Made by a program: the position numbers and the translations under genes
Notes under the pieces: model-generated
The model's database searches: none
The model's input: only the letters and a program-made list of their open reading frames with translations
What the model was told of the DNA's origin: nothing
Virus record (IMG/VR): IMGVR_UViG_3300036861_001052
Span: 1-64,000 of that record
Strand: one strand, 5' to 3'
Length of the DNA: 64,000 bases
Source of the DNA: a virus
In this document: positions 17,372 through 26,542 of the stretch, one piece after another
How positions within the stretch are numbered: position 1 is the stretch's first letter
Layout of the letters: every line of letters begins with the position of its first letter

Positions 17372-17641
17372 GTGACGGACGGCAAGCGCTACCGGGCGTA
17401 CCTCATGAAGTTCGAGCCGAAGTGGCCGCCGATGTCGGAGGCCTTCGTCGATCGGGTGATGCGGGAGGCGGACTTCTGTATGGAAGCTCCGCGAGGGCTC
17501 AAGGTCGGCGAGACCTTCCGCGTTTCCGGGATCACCCAACTCGGCGAGAACGGCTCCTCGCCGCGCTTCGGCGTCCGCATGAAGGTCGTCGAGCTTCACC
17601 ACTTCGGCAAGGTCGCCACGGTCGAGGAGGCGCCAGAATGA
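17372..17641 (+). CDS. hypothetical protein
   Basis: Operon packing. Confidence 0.55.
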   Translation: MTDGKRYRAYLMKFEPKWPPMSEAFVDRVMREADFCMEAPRGLKVGETFRVSGITQLGENGSSPRFGVRMKVVELHHFGKVATVEEAPE

Positions 17642-17727
17642 TGGCGGTTCAAACTGACGGGATCGACTACTGGCTTGCGGTCCAGCGCCCCCTGTTTCCT
17701 GCCCTCATGAACATTGAAGGAGACACG

Positions 17728-18105
17728 ATGAACAACATGAAGGTGATCGCGAAACGAGACGATGTCCTGACCGCCCTCCGCACGAACAGAGAAGAGCACC
17801 AGCAGATCCTGAAGGAGGCCCGCGCGGGCTACGTGCAGAAGGCGAGAGAGGCCCTATCCAAGCGCCTCGACCAGCTCGCGAGCGGAAAGCTCCTGGCGCT
17901 TCACTTCGACCTCGTCCTGCCGAGCGACTACACGAAGGAGTACGACGCGGCCATCCGGATGCTCGAGCTCCACCAGGAAGACACCGTAACGCTCGACGAA
18001 TCCATGGTGCGCTGCCTCGTCCTGAACGAGTGGGGCTGGATGAGCGGCTTTCTCACCTCGAACTCCGCCTACTCGAACACGGCCCGATCGAAGCTCTCGG
18101 AGTAG
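17728..18105 (+). CDS. conserved phage hypothetical protein
   Basis: GAAGGAGA RBS; P.DYTKEYDAAIRMLE...V.NEW.W. Confidence 0.7.
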   Translation: MNNMKVIAKRDDVLTALRTNREEHQQILKEARAGYVQKAREALSKRLDQLASGKLLALHFDLVLPSDYTKEYDAAIRMLELHQEDTVTLDESMVRCLVLNEWGWMSGFLTSNSAYSNTARSKLSE

Positions 18106-18106
18106 C

Positions 18107-18841
18107 TTGTCCCTCACGCGCGTCACGATCTCGGGCGCCGACGACGGCGTGGATCCTGCGGAGCTCGCTCGGCTCTCTGCCGAGTTTCCGTTCGTGGAGT
18201 GGGGGATCCTCTACTCCGCGAAGCGGAACGGTGAGCCTCGTTACCCCTCGCTCGGCTGGCGCGTTCGGCTCGGCAAGATCGAGACCCGCATGCAGCTCTC
18301 GCTGCATCTTTGCGGCCAAGTTGCGAGGGACGTGCTCGAGGGGGACACGGAACTCATCGGGACCGTCGACGACGACTACCAGCGGATCCAGGTCAACGGC
18401 TGGCAGCCGTCGGGGCAGGAGTTTCGGTCGGTCGTCCTCGGCGAGAGCCGAGAATTCATTTTACAGGCGCGATGCGAAGAGGATTTGCCTCGGGCGTCTC
18501 TCGAGATCTCGGCAATCGAAGCCGAGGTGCCCTCCGAATGGACCGGGGCGGTCTCGGTGCTCTACGACGTTTCCGGAGGTCAAGGCATCACTCCGCCGTC
18601 CTGGCCGACCCATCGACTCCCCATGCGCTTCGGCTGGGGCCGACTCGGCTACGCTGGCGGCATCGGTCCTGACAATGTGGTCGCCGTCCTGCTGGCCATA
18701 GGCGCCGTCCCTCAGGACTTCTGGATCGACATGGAGAGCGGAGTCCGGACGGACGACAAGTTCGATCTAGCAAAGGTGCGCCGCGTCCTCGATCTCGCCG
18801 AGCCGTTCGTGAGACACGGACAAGACCTGAGAAGGAGCTAA
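18107..18841 (+). CDS. phosphoribosylanthranilate-isomerase-like TIM-barrel protein
   Basis: LYDVSGGQG, GYAGGIGPDNV, WIDMESGVRT phosphate-binding motifs. Confidence 0.75.
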   Translation: MSLTRVTISGADDGVDPAELARLSAEFPFVEWGILYSAKRNGEPRYPSLGWRVRLGKIETRMQLSLHLCGQVARDVLEGDTELIGTVDDDYQRIQVNGWQPSGQEFRSVVLGESREFILQARCEEDLPRASLEISAIEAEVPSEWTGAVSVLYDVSGGQGITPPSWPTHRLPMRFGWGRLGYAGGIGPDNVVAVLLAIGAVPQDFWIDMESGVRTDDKFDLAKVRRVLDLAEPFVRHGQDLRRS

Positions 18842-18846
18842 ACCCC

Positions 18847-19203
18847 GTGGGAGCCCACCTTATCGACGGCGAGTTTCAGTCCGACAAGTACCCGACGTGT
18901 CCGCGCGGCAAGGTGCCGCTCAGCGTGAAGGACCGGACGGCCCAAGACCTCCTCTGGGAGTACGCGCAGAGGCGGCGCCTGGTCGACGCGGAGTTTTCCG
19001 ACGATCTGGAAGCAGCGCTCAAGGCCGCGGGGTTCGTGCCGCCGGACAAGAGGTTTTGGTTTTGCATAGGCGACGTCGTCCGCCACAAGCAGACGCGACG
19101 CACTGGGACCGTTAACCGAGTCGTCCCCGATACGGGTGAGCTCTGGATCGACCACACCGGGCCCTACGACCCATCGCAGTTCATTCTGCTCGCGGCCAAA
19201 TGA
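18847..19203 (+). CDS. hypothetical protein with C-terminal SH3-like segment
   Basis: AAGGAG RBS; IGDVVRHK...GTV. Confidence 0.6.
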   Translation: MGAHLIDGEFQSDKYPTCPRGKVPLSVKDRTAQDLLWEYAQRRRLVDAEFSDDLEAALKAAGFVPPDKRFWFCIGDVVRHKQTRRTGTVNRVVPDTGELWIDHTGPYDPSQFILLAAK

Positions 19204-19352
19204 CACTCTTCGACACCCTGAACGCCATCCTGGTTCTTCTTTGCCTCGCGATCCTTGCGACAGGAGGGCTAGTTGGGCTCGTCTGGGCACTCGCCGAATG
19301 CGCCGTCGTGTGGCTCTTCTTGCGCGCGACGCGCGGCGGCTGGGGGCACTAG
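19200..19352 (+). CDS. 50-aa hydrophobic membrane peptide
   Basis: ATGA overlap; LNAILVLLCLAILATGGLVGLVWAL. Confidence 0.5.
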   Translation: MTLFDTLNAILVLLCLAILATGGLVGLVWALAECAVVWLFLRATRGGWGH

Positions 19353-19702
19353 TGAAGCGCACACCGAAACGCCGTCCTAAAGCGCGGCATCCCATGCAAC
19401 CTGTCATCGTCGACGAGCACGGGATCCACCGGTTCAAGGAAAACAAGATCGTGAGCTGGCTTCTGGATGTTAGAGGCCCCAAGTCCCTGAACGACATTGC
19501 CCTCCAGGGGTTTCCTCGTGAGGACGAGGAGCAATTCGCCCAGCTCATCGGCTACTCGGTGAGCGGCGCCTGCGATCTCTCGTACATGAGCGCCGACGTG
19601 TGCAATGCCGCGTTCAAGGAGTCCTGCCGTATCAGGGAGGCTAGCTCAAAGGCCAATCTCCCGCCCAGACGCCGGGCCCAGAAGCGGGGGCGGCGTTCGT
19701 GA
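19352..19702 (+). CDS. conserved phage hypothetical protein
   Basis: HPMQP..D..G..RFKEN.IV and EQFAQLIGYSVSG. Confidence 0.7.
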   Translation: MKRTPKRRPKARHPMQPVIVDEHGIHRFKENKIVSWLLDVRGPKSLNDIALQGFPREDEEQFAQLIGYSVSGACDLSYMSADVCNAAFKESCRIREASSKANLPPRRRAQKRGRRS

Positions 19703-19962
19703 TCCGCTTGATTCGTGAGGCCTATGCGCGCTTCCTTTTCCGGAAGTGGGACCGTGACTTCTACGCTGCAGAGAGACGGATGCGAGGATGCGCCCACGCC
19801 CGCACGGGCTTCGTCGACGTTGGCGTAGTGTACGAAAAATGCCGTGACTGCTGGGCACTTCGGGTGCCGGCTTTCGACGGGTCCGAAGCGCTACACTGGA
19901 CCCCGAACTCGGCGTCACCGAGACGGTCGCGCTGGGTGAGCGCGCCGGGAGAGAGCGCATGA
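19699..19962 (+). CDS. hypothetical protein
   Basis: GTGA/ATGA coupling on both sides. Confidence 0.55.
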   Translation: MIRLIREAYARFLFRKWDRDFYAAERRMRGCAHARTGFVDVGVVYEKCRDCWALRVPAFDGSEALHWTPNSASPRRSRWVSAPGESA

Positions 19963-20468
19963 TCCGCTTCGTCCAAAAAGGCTCCCTCTTCGGCTCCGAG
20001 ATGCAAACCCTCGTAAACCCCGTGAACCGGGTCGGAGTCTCCGGCGCGGGCCTCGCCAAGGACTTCAAGCGGCGCTGGCCGGACATGCATCGCGACTACG
20101 CCGCGGCCTGCAAGGATAAGACGATGGGGGCTCTCCGGCTCTCGTGGACCTTTCCGCACGTCCACATGGTGCTCTGCTTCGTTACGAAGGAGCACTGGCG
20201 AAACCCCTCGACTCTCGAGCTCATAGAACAGGGCCTCACCGAGTTTGCTGCCTCGGCCTGGATCAAAGACGGCACGATCACCAGCATCGCCTTTCCCGCG
20301 CTCGGCTGCGGCAACGGTGGCCTCGACTGGAAGGACGTCAGGCCGCTCATGACGCGGTATCTCGAGCCCCTCGATCTGCCGCTCGAGATCTACGAGCCGA
20401 TAGACCGAGCCGCTCTCGCTCGCTCGCGCGAGCGCGGTCCCTACCGCCGCAGAACGCAGGTCTTCTAG
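19959..20468 (+). CDS. macrodomain protein (DarG-like ADP-ribosyl glycohydrolase)
   Basis: LVNPVNRVGVSGAGLA, F.TK.HWR.PS, SIAFPALGCGNGGLDW. Confidence 0.85.
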   Translation: MIRFVQKGSLFGSEMQTLVNPVNRVGVSGAGLAKDFKRRWPDMHRDYAAACKDKTMGALRLSWTFPHVHMVLCFVTKEHWRNPSTLELIEQGLTEFAASAWIKDGTITSIAFPALGCGNGGLDWKDVRPLMTRYLEPLDLPLEIYEPIDRAALARSRERGPYRRRTQVF

Positions 20469-20706
20469 CCCCCGAGCGGGAAGAGCGCGCCGTTAGACTG
20501 GGAGACGCAGTCGGCGCTAAATTCGGTCGCCCGGAGCGTCGCTGCCACGCCGGGCGCAAAGCCACCGAGGTTCGTGCCACCTACTAGGAGCGGGGCAGAC
20601 GACGTGTAGAGGAGCCACACCGTGACGGTCGCTGGATCGACGCCGTCGGGGATCGTGACCGCGGCCGAGCCCGCCATGCTGTCCCACTGCACGTCCGATT
20701 GGTTCT
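20465..20706 (-). pseudogene. C-terminal fragment of the spike-family gene interrupted by the transposon
   Basis: Joins in frame to 24496-25216 once the element and one TSD copy are removed: ...RIPPAVG|ENQSDVQW... Confidence 0.8.
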
Positions 20707-20786
20707 CGCCGACGGGGCTTTGCCCGCTAATCGCCACCTGCCCGGCAATTGCTCCGGCTGCCCGACAATTCGAGATGGTCATCTGG

Positions 20787-21182
20787 TCATCGCCCTCTCC
20801 ATTCTTTCAGGTACTCGACGTACTCGTCTTCTGTGTGGCCGGGCTTTGGGTACGGCCATGACTCGGTGTCGTGCCGGCAGATGCGCTCGCCGGTAGGAAA
20901 CGTCTCGATAAACCACTCAGGGACACGTTCGCCGCATCTCGTGCAGGTCACATGACCGGCGGGGCTGCCTTTGCGTTCCGTACCGCGCCGACCCCACAGC
21001 CATAGGATGACCGAAAGGACTAGGAAAAACACGGAGACAGTGCCCAGCCAATTCCATGTCCACCAGGCAACGCTTGCGGCAGGAGCAACGTTCTTGATCA
21101 CGCTGACACCTCCGGTCGCCGCGGCAAGAAATACCGATACGATTGCTGCCCAGGACGCGGTGGGCCTAGTCTCTGGCGCCAC
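20787..21182 (-). CDS. transposon cargo: two-TM protein with C-terminal Zn-ribbon
   Basis: Two hydrophobic helices; CTRCG...CRH. Confidence 0.6.
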   Translation of the reverse strand: MAPETRPTASWAAIVSVFLAAATGGVSVIKNVAPAASVAWWTWNWLGTVSVFFLVLSVILWLWGRRGTERKGSPAGHVTCTRCGERVPEWFIETFPTGERICRHDTESWPYPKPGHTEDEYVEYLKEWRGR

Positions 21183-21528
21183 GCTTCTGCCCTCTGCGAT
21201 ACTCCCGGATCACTCCGCGGAGCATTCCGCGCACCGCGGGCATCGCCGCCGCAGGCACCGACTCCAGTAGAGCCACCATCGGATCTTTTTCTTCGTTCGG
21301 GAGCGCCGTCTCGCCGAAGAGCGCTCCGACTGGAAGCCTGAATGCGCGGGAGAGGCGAACCAGAGTCCCCACCGCCGGTAGCCGCTCGCCACGTTCGAGA
21401 AAACTTACGTACTCGACACTCAAGTCTAGTTTCTCGGCCAGTACAGCCTGGGACCAGCCCGCGCGGCTCCGACACGAGCGGACCGCTCTGCCTATCTGTT
21501 TGGCTGCTTTCTGTTCGATGTCGTCCAT
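21166..21528 (-). CDS. transposon cargo: XRE-family HTH regulator
   Basis: GWSQAVLAEKLDLSVEYVSFLERGERLP. Confidence 0.85.
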   Translation of the reverse strand: MDDIEQKAAKQIGRAVRSCRSRAGWSQAVLAEKLDLSVEYVSFLERGERLPAVGTLVRLSRAFRLPVGALFGETALPNEEKDPMVALLESVPAAAMPAVRGMLRGVIREYRRGQKRGARD

Positions 21529-21637
21529 TTCCGGGCAATGGAGCCCGGGGCGTCGACGACACGCGATGGACCGCCAGTACAGACCATAGACACGTACTAC
21601 AAGTGCGTGTATCCATGTCGATCCAAACGGGAGGCAC

Positions 21638-22423
21638 ATGATGGCTAAACGCGACTTGATGGGCTTTATGGCTGTATTCCTGCTTGGTTGTGGGGGCTCG
21701 GATGCTCCGAATGCGCCCGGCGCCGGTGGCGCCAATGTCGCGACAGGCGGTTCCACGTCCGCTGGCGGTGTCGCGACCGGGGGCGCTGCCGGTGCTGCCA
21801 CCGATACCGGTGGCGTCGCGAGCACAGGCGGGGCGCCCGGCAACGGCGGCGCGGGAGGAAGCGTTTCGAGCGGCGGCACAATAGCCACCGGCGGAGCGGC
21901 ACCGACAACGGGTGGCGTCCCAGGAACTGGCGGCGCTCCTAGCTGCCCAGTGAGCCTCCAGTGCGGCACTGCTTGCTGTAATCCCTTGGCCGTCTGCTAC
22001 GACGACGGGGCCGGGAACATGAGCTGCGCCGTGGCCTGCAGCCGAAACTCCGAGTGCCCAGGAGCAACGCCCGTCTGCACACTGTTCGCCGACGGCTCGT
22101 CCGGCTGCACACCAGACCTCGGTGGTCTCCAACGATGCGAAACAGCAGCCGACTGCTCTACCGGAGCATGCGCACCGAATGTGGATACGTCCGGAAACCC
22201 AATCGGACCGTTCATTTGTGTGCCGAACGACGGCGCCGCATACCACGGGTGCCACGGCCTTCTGACGACGTGCTCGGCGCCGTACTGCTGCTTCACGGAC
22301 GGGAACGACAACCAATTCTGTGCGACGGCGTGCGTGAACGATTCCCAGTGCGGCGCAGCGCATTGCCGGTCGCTCAGCAACGCGAACACGACCTGTTCCG
22401 CGACAATGGGCTGCGCCCCGTAG
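21638..22423 (+). CDS. transposon cargo: Cys-rich lipoprotein with Gly/Ala/Thr linker
   Basis: GGAGG RBS; lipobox LLGC; GGxx linker; many paired Cys. Confidence 0.8.
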   Translation: MMAKRDLMGFMAVFLLGCGGSDAPNAPGAGGANVATGGSTSAGGVATGGAAGAATDTGGVASTGGAPGNGGAGGSVSSGGTIATGGAAPTTGGVPGTGGAPSCPVSLQCGTACCNPLAVCYDDGAGNMSCAVACSRNSECPGATPVCTLFADGSSGCTPDLGGLQRCETAADCSTGACAPNVDTSGNPIGPFICVPNDGAAYHGCHGLLTTCSAPYCCFTDGNDNQFCATACVNDSQCGAAHCRSLSNANTTCSATMGCAP

Positions 22424-22704
22424 ACTCCGGCAGCTAGGGGGGCGCCGCCGGCAACGCGCATTTGTCGTGTCACGACGATTGCGCGACATACTTTTTGACT
22501 TCGTCTGGGGCATGGAGAGATGGGGGTATAGAAATAGATAGATGGCCGACCTAGGTCGGCCACGACGGGCATCGCGAGCGTTAGTGGCGCTCGGATTGAT
22601 GACCCGAACGGAGGAGTCATGTGCACCCCCCACAGACGGGTCACTCCGTCGCGGCCAACCTGCGTCGGCCGTCTCGTTCTGCCCCCGGAGCAGCGGCGTG
22701 AGCG

Positions 22705-22872
22705 CTAGTTCATACCGGCGGCACGGCCCGCTACCCAACGGATCCAATTGCTCAAGTCGCGGCCCTCGCGCTCCGCAGCTTTCACGAAGGCTTCTTTCTC
22801 GGCATCGGTCAGGCGCAGACGGATCGACGCTTCTTTCCGGTCGCCTTTTGGTTTTCGACGCTTCGTCGCCAT
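22705..22872 (-). CDS. transposon RHH regulator (DUF1778/MobC-like)
   Basis: IRLRLTDAEKEAFVKAAEREGRDLSNWIR; divergent from the transposase with GTGGCC repeats upstream. Confidence 0.7.
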   Translation of the reverse strand: MATKRRKPKGDRKEASIRLRLTDAEKEAFVKAAEREGRDLSNWIRWVAGRAAGMN

Positions 22873-22960
22873 GTGGCCCAGTGTGGCCACAGTGGAATAC
22901 GCGGTCAAGAGGAATCGTTTGCTCGCGCCCGTCGTATCTTGTGGCAACACCGGAGATACA

Positions 22961-24160
22961 ATGGATACCAGGCAGGAACGCGGACGAGCACTCGCTCAGA
23001 ACAAGAGGATCAGGCAGGTCCAGGACGCTCTCTGGTCCGTTCCTTCCCAGACCCAGAACTCGGGCGGCTACCTCGTGGATGTGCGCGCGGCCACATGCAC
23101 TTGTCCAGATCACGAGGAGCGCCGCACGAAGTGCAAACACCTCTGGGCCGTCGAATTCGTTCAGACGGTCGAGGTCCAGTCGGACGGCTCCGCGACAATG
23201 ACCGAATCCGTAGTCCTGACCCGGAAGTCCTACGCCCAAGACTGGCCGCGCTACAACGCCGCTCAGTGCGCCGAAAAGGCGACCGCGCAAGCGCTTCTCC
23301 GTGGGCTCTGCGCCGGCATCCAGACGCCGCCGCACCCCGGACGTGGTCGCAAGCCTACGCCACTCTGCGACGCTGTATTTGGCATGACGTGGAAGGTCTA
23401 CACGACCATGAGCGGCCGTCGTGCCACGACGGACCTGGAAGCGTGCGCCGACGCCGGTCACATGCGGAAGGCCCCTCGTTACAATACGCTTTTCGACCTG
23501 TTCGATCGTCCTGACATGACGCCGCTCCTGACGACGCTGGTTGAGGAGAGTGCGGCGCCGCTTGCGTGCGTCGAATCGAACTTCGCCGTCGATTCCACCG
23601 GATTCGGCACTGTCACGTACCGCCGATGGTTCGACCACAAATACGGACGCGAGATGAGGGAACACGGGTGGGTCAAAGCCCACGCGATGGTCGGCACGAA
23701 CACCAACGTCATCACCGCGATCCGCGTAACAGGTGGTTACGAAAACGATTGTCCGGAGCTTCCAGCACTGGTCGACGCGACGAGACGGCGCTTCGCCCTG
23801 GCGGAAGTCAGCGCGGACAAGGCGTACCTGTCCCACGGAAGCCTCGCCGCCATTGAAGCCGCTGGAGCAGTTCCGTACATCCCATTCAAGATCAACTCCA
23901 AGGCTGACGGCTCGGCCGCGTGGCGCCGAATGCTTGGCCTCTTTCTGTTCAAACAGGCGGACTTTTTTGCGCACTACCACGCACGGTCGAACGTCGAGAG
24001 CACCTTCTCTGCCCTCAAGCGCAAGTTCGGCGGATCCGTCCGGTCGAAGAACGAAACCGCACAGGTCAATGAGGTTCTGTGCAAGGCGTTGTGCTTCAAC
24101 CTTTCGTGTCTCGTCCACGCGATCCACGAGCTTGGAATCGATCCGACCTTTGCGAGGTGA
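22961..24160 (+). CDS. SWIM zinc-finger DDE transposase (IS4/IS5-type DDE domain)
   Basis: GGAG RBS; CTCPDH...CKH; VDSTG, ADKAY, RSNVESTFSALKR. Confidence 0.9.
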   Translation: MDTRQERGRALAQNKRIRQVQDALWSVPSQTQNSGGYLVDVRAATCTCPDHEERRTKCKHLWAVEFVQTVEVQSDGSATMTESVVLTRKSYAQDWPRYNAAQCAEKATAQALLRGLCAGIQTPPHPGRGRKPTPLCDAVFGMTWKVYTTMSGRRATTDLEACADAGHMRKAPRYNTLFDLFDRPDMTPLLTTLVEESAAPLACVESNFAVDSTGFGTVTYRRWFDHKYGREMREHGWVKAHAMVGTNTNVITAIRVTGGYENDCPELPALVDATRRRFALAEVSADKAYLSHGSLAAIEAAGAVPYIPFKINSKADGSAAWRRMLGLFLFKQADFFAHYHARSNVESTFSALKRKFGGSVRSKNETAQVNEVLCKALCFNLSCLVHAIHELGIDPTFAR

Positions 24161-24163
24161 GTC

Positions 24164-24442
24164 GTGAGCGACCTGACAGACCAGGAACAGGCCAACGTCC
24201 GCAAGGCGCTCGCGGTCCTGCGGCTGCGGTGCGGTACGTGGGTAACGCTCGCGAAGGCCCTGCGCGTGAAGTACTCGACGCTGCAACGCGCGGCTGGCGG
24301 CCACGACGCGGTGAGTGCGCGACTGGCGCTCAGAACCGCTCGACTCGTCGGAATCGGTATCGACGACATTCTCGTCGGGAAATGGCCGCCTCCGAACACG
24401 TGTGCCCACTGTGGACAGCCGATGCCCAGGCCTGCCCGGTAA
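24164..24442 (+). CDS. transposon HTH-like protein with C-terminal CxxC
   Basis: LAKALRVKYSTLQR; CAHCG. Confidence 0.65.
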   Translation: MSDLTDQEQANVRKALAVLRLRCGTWVTLAKALRVKYSTLQRAAGGHDAVSARLALRTARLVGIGIDDILVGKWPPPNTCAHCGQPMPRPAR

Positions 24443-24495
24443 TTGCGATGCCTGCACGAGAATTGCGCCAGGCGTTCGCATTCCCGGGCAAAGCC

Positions 24496-25216
24496 CGCCG
24501 ACGGCGGGAGGAATGCGCGAGCCAGCCTGGCCGTTACCGACAGCGAAAAAGTCGTTCGGAAAAGACGGCGACGCCGTGAACGCGATCGCCGGCACGGCCG
24601 AAAACTGCACGTTCGTGTTGGGGTCCGTGTTGCCGAGCGTCATGTTCCAGTAGATCTCGACGACGTTGCCCGGCACGGCATTCGGTAAGACCACCTGAAG
24701 AGGCGCCGGATCGGGACTCGCGTCACGCGGAAACGGCTCGCTCGAGGCCGCCTGCACCTCGAAGCTCACCGTAGGCTGGTCCCAGCCGGTCTGGACGAGG
24801 CACGGCGCCTCTCCGTCGCCGCCGGCAACGGTGCCCGTGACGACCATCCCCATGAACTCCGTCCCCGAGCTCGATCCGGCGATCTGCGTGTCCGAAAACA
24901 CGTCGCTCACAGCCGGGCTTGCGGCGAGCCGAGCAATCAGCAGGGCTTCGGACTCGCTCGCGAGAAAGCACGTGACCACGGGCGGCTCCGACTGAAAGCC
25001 TCCGGTCGTGTCGGCGAGAAGGCCCGCGTCTATTTCGACGACGAAGCTCGGTCCCTGTCCGCCGCCCGCGAGCGTGAGACCCACGACGACGTAGCCGTCC
25101 GGCAGAGCGCCGATGGCGTCGTTCACGCGGAGGGTGAGATCATCCGGAAGCGAGCTCTCGACGATGCGCGTGATGAGCGACGACGCCGCCGAGACCGCGA
25201 CTGATCCGTACTTCAT
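24496..25216 (-). pseudogene. N-terminal part of the spike-family virion gene (restored product 320 aa)
   Basis: MKYGSV...LTLAGGG.GPSFVV...QIAGSSSGTEFMGM shared domain; interrupted at the TSD. Confidence 0.8.
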
Positions 25217-25224
25217 GGGCTCGC

Positions 25225-26073
25225 TCAGGCCGAAGCGCGGAGAGAAGCCGAGAGCACAGAGCCGGCAGCCGAAGTGATGCGGAGACCGAGCTTCGTCGAC
25301 GCGATCACCTGAGGCTCGAGGACGACGAAGCCCAGGACCGACACGTTGTCGAACTCGCCGGCAGCGACGTGACCCTTGGTCGACGCGACCACGCTCGGCG
25401 TCCCGAGCGGATCGGTCACGATCTCGGCAGTGAAATCTCCATCCGCCGTGAGGCCCACGGTGATGCTCGCTTCAATCTCAGCGAAGATCGCGCTCGTGCC
25501 CGTGTAGAGGATCTCTTGCGGAGAGGCCAGCGTGAACCGCGTGCCCATACTGAGCGCGTCGAACGCCAGGATGGTCTCTCCCGCACCGAGCGCCTGGAGC
25601 GTGGTCGCGACGGCGAGGAGTCGAACGTCATTGCCGCCGAGCGGCACGGACGACGCCCCGAATACGGTGAGGCCCATCACGCGCTGGCCCTTGGCGGCGC
25701 CGGCGACCTGCTCGTCCACCACCCCGAATGGCACCAGGCCTCCCGCCGGCGGCGGCACGCCCGCGGCGGTCTTCGCGCGCGCGAGCGCTTCCGGGTCGCT
25801 CCCGAGGTAGCACCGCACCAAGGTGCCCGAGATGCCGTTGATCGCTCCGATGAGCCCGCCGTTCACGTCGTCGAGAGGCGCCGTCTCGAGGAGCACGGTG
25901 AAGCTGTGGCCGTCTCCCGACCCAGCCAGAGAGATCGAGCTAGTGACCCTCGAGTTACCGTCCACCGCGAGGAGGGCGGCGTTCACGAGGGCTTCGAGCT
26001 CTTCTGGATCTGCGGCCTCGAGAAAAAAGGTTTCCGTGTCCGCGTTGCCACCAACTGTTCCAAATTGCGTCAT
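25225..26073 (-). CDS. spike-family virion protein (shared N-domain plus beta-rich head)
   Basis: SLAGSGDGHSFTV...QVAGAAKGQRVMGL. Confidence 0.75.
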   Translation of the reverse strand: MTQFGTVGGNADTETFFLEAADPEELEALVNAALLAVDGNSRVTSSISLAGSGDGHSFTVLLETAPLDDVNGGLIGAINGISGTLVRCYLGSDPEALARAKTAAGVPPPAGGLVPFGVVDEQVAGAAKGQRVMGLTVFGASSVPLGGNDVRLLAVATTLQALGAGETILAFDALSMGTRFTLASPQEILYTGTSAIFAEIEASITVGLTADGDFTAEIVTDPLGTPSVVASTKGHVAAGEFDNVSVLGFVVLEPQVIASTKLGLRITSAAGSVLSASLRASA

Positions 26074-26528
26074 GTGTTTGTCCCTCGATCTGTAAAACGT
26101 TCTCCTGCTAGAAATGCCATGATACCCCAGCCGGCGCCCGCCGCGCCCATTGCGAGGCGCCGGAGCGATCCGTCACCGCGTGCGGCGCGAATCGCCGCCT
26201 CCTGGTAGTCGTCGAGACTCTCGGCGTCCGCCGCCATCCAGAATTTCGCGACGACGGCCGGAAGGGCCGCGGGAGGCCAGCCCGAGTCGCCGCTCTCCAC
26301 CTTGTCAGACAGGAGGAGGTGCAGGACGACCCCGCTAGCGGCGCTCGAGATCCCGATGGCGGCAACGCCGAGCCGCCACTTTCCGGTCGCCTTCGCACGC
26401 TCGTCGTTCTCGGCGATGAGCGCCTGGAGTTTCTGCTCGAAGGCGCGTTCCAGCTGCTCCGGGTCGCTTCCTTGAATGAAGTCGGCCCGGACGTACGCGC
26501 TCGCGGGAAGTGCTGCGTGTAAAAACAA
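26070..26528 (-). CDS. divergent domain-only member of the spike/penton family
   Basis: GSDPEQLE...KFWMAAD.E.L...MGAAGAG; weak match to the family. Confidence 0.55.
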   Translation of the reverse strand: MFLHAALPASAYVRADFIQGSDPEQLERAFEQKLQALIAENDERAKATGKWRLGVAAIGISSAASGVVLHLLLSDKVESGDSGWPPAALPAVVAKFWMAADAESLDDYQEAAIRAARGDGSLRRLAMGAAGAGWGIMAFLAGERFTDRGTNT

Positions 26529-26542
26529 CTCGGGGCTCTCGG

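Larger units (their letters stand above)
20716..24495. mobile_element. 3780-bp cargo-carrying DDE transposon
   Basis: TIRs GGCTTTGCCCG (20716-20726) / CGGGCAAAGCC (24485-24495); 9-bp TSD CGCCGACGG at 20707-20715 and 24496-24504; subterminal CTGC(C/A)CGnnAATT repeats at both ends. Confidence 0.9.

Noticed and set aside
20737-24446. 16-bp near-direct repeat (20737-20752, 24431-24446) as integrase att sites
   Set aside because: It lies inside the TIR/TSD-defined element, and joining there does not restore the reading frame; better explained as subterminal transposase boxes
21098-25216. 1372-aa ORF as one giant protein or an intein-like read-through
   Set aside because: Only the first ~240 codons are the real gene. 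The rest is the in-register antisense of three + strand transposon genes, where TTA/CTA/TCA codons are rare, and stops at 21098 and 20807 prevent read-through to the C-terminal fragment
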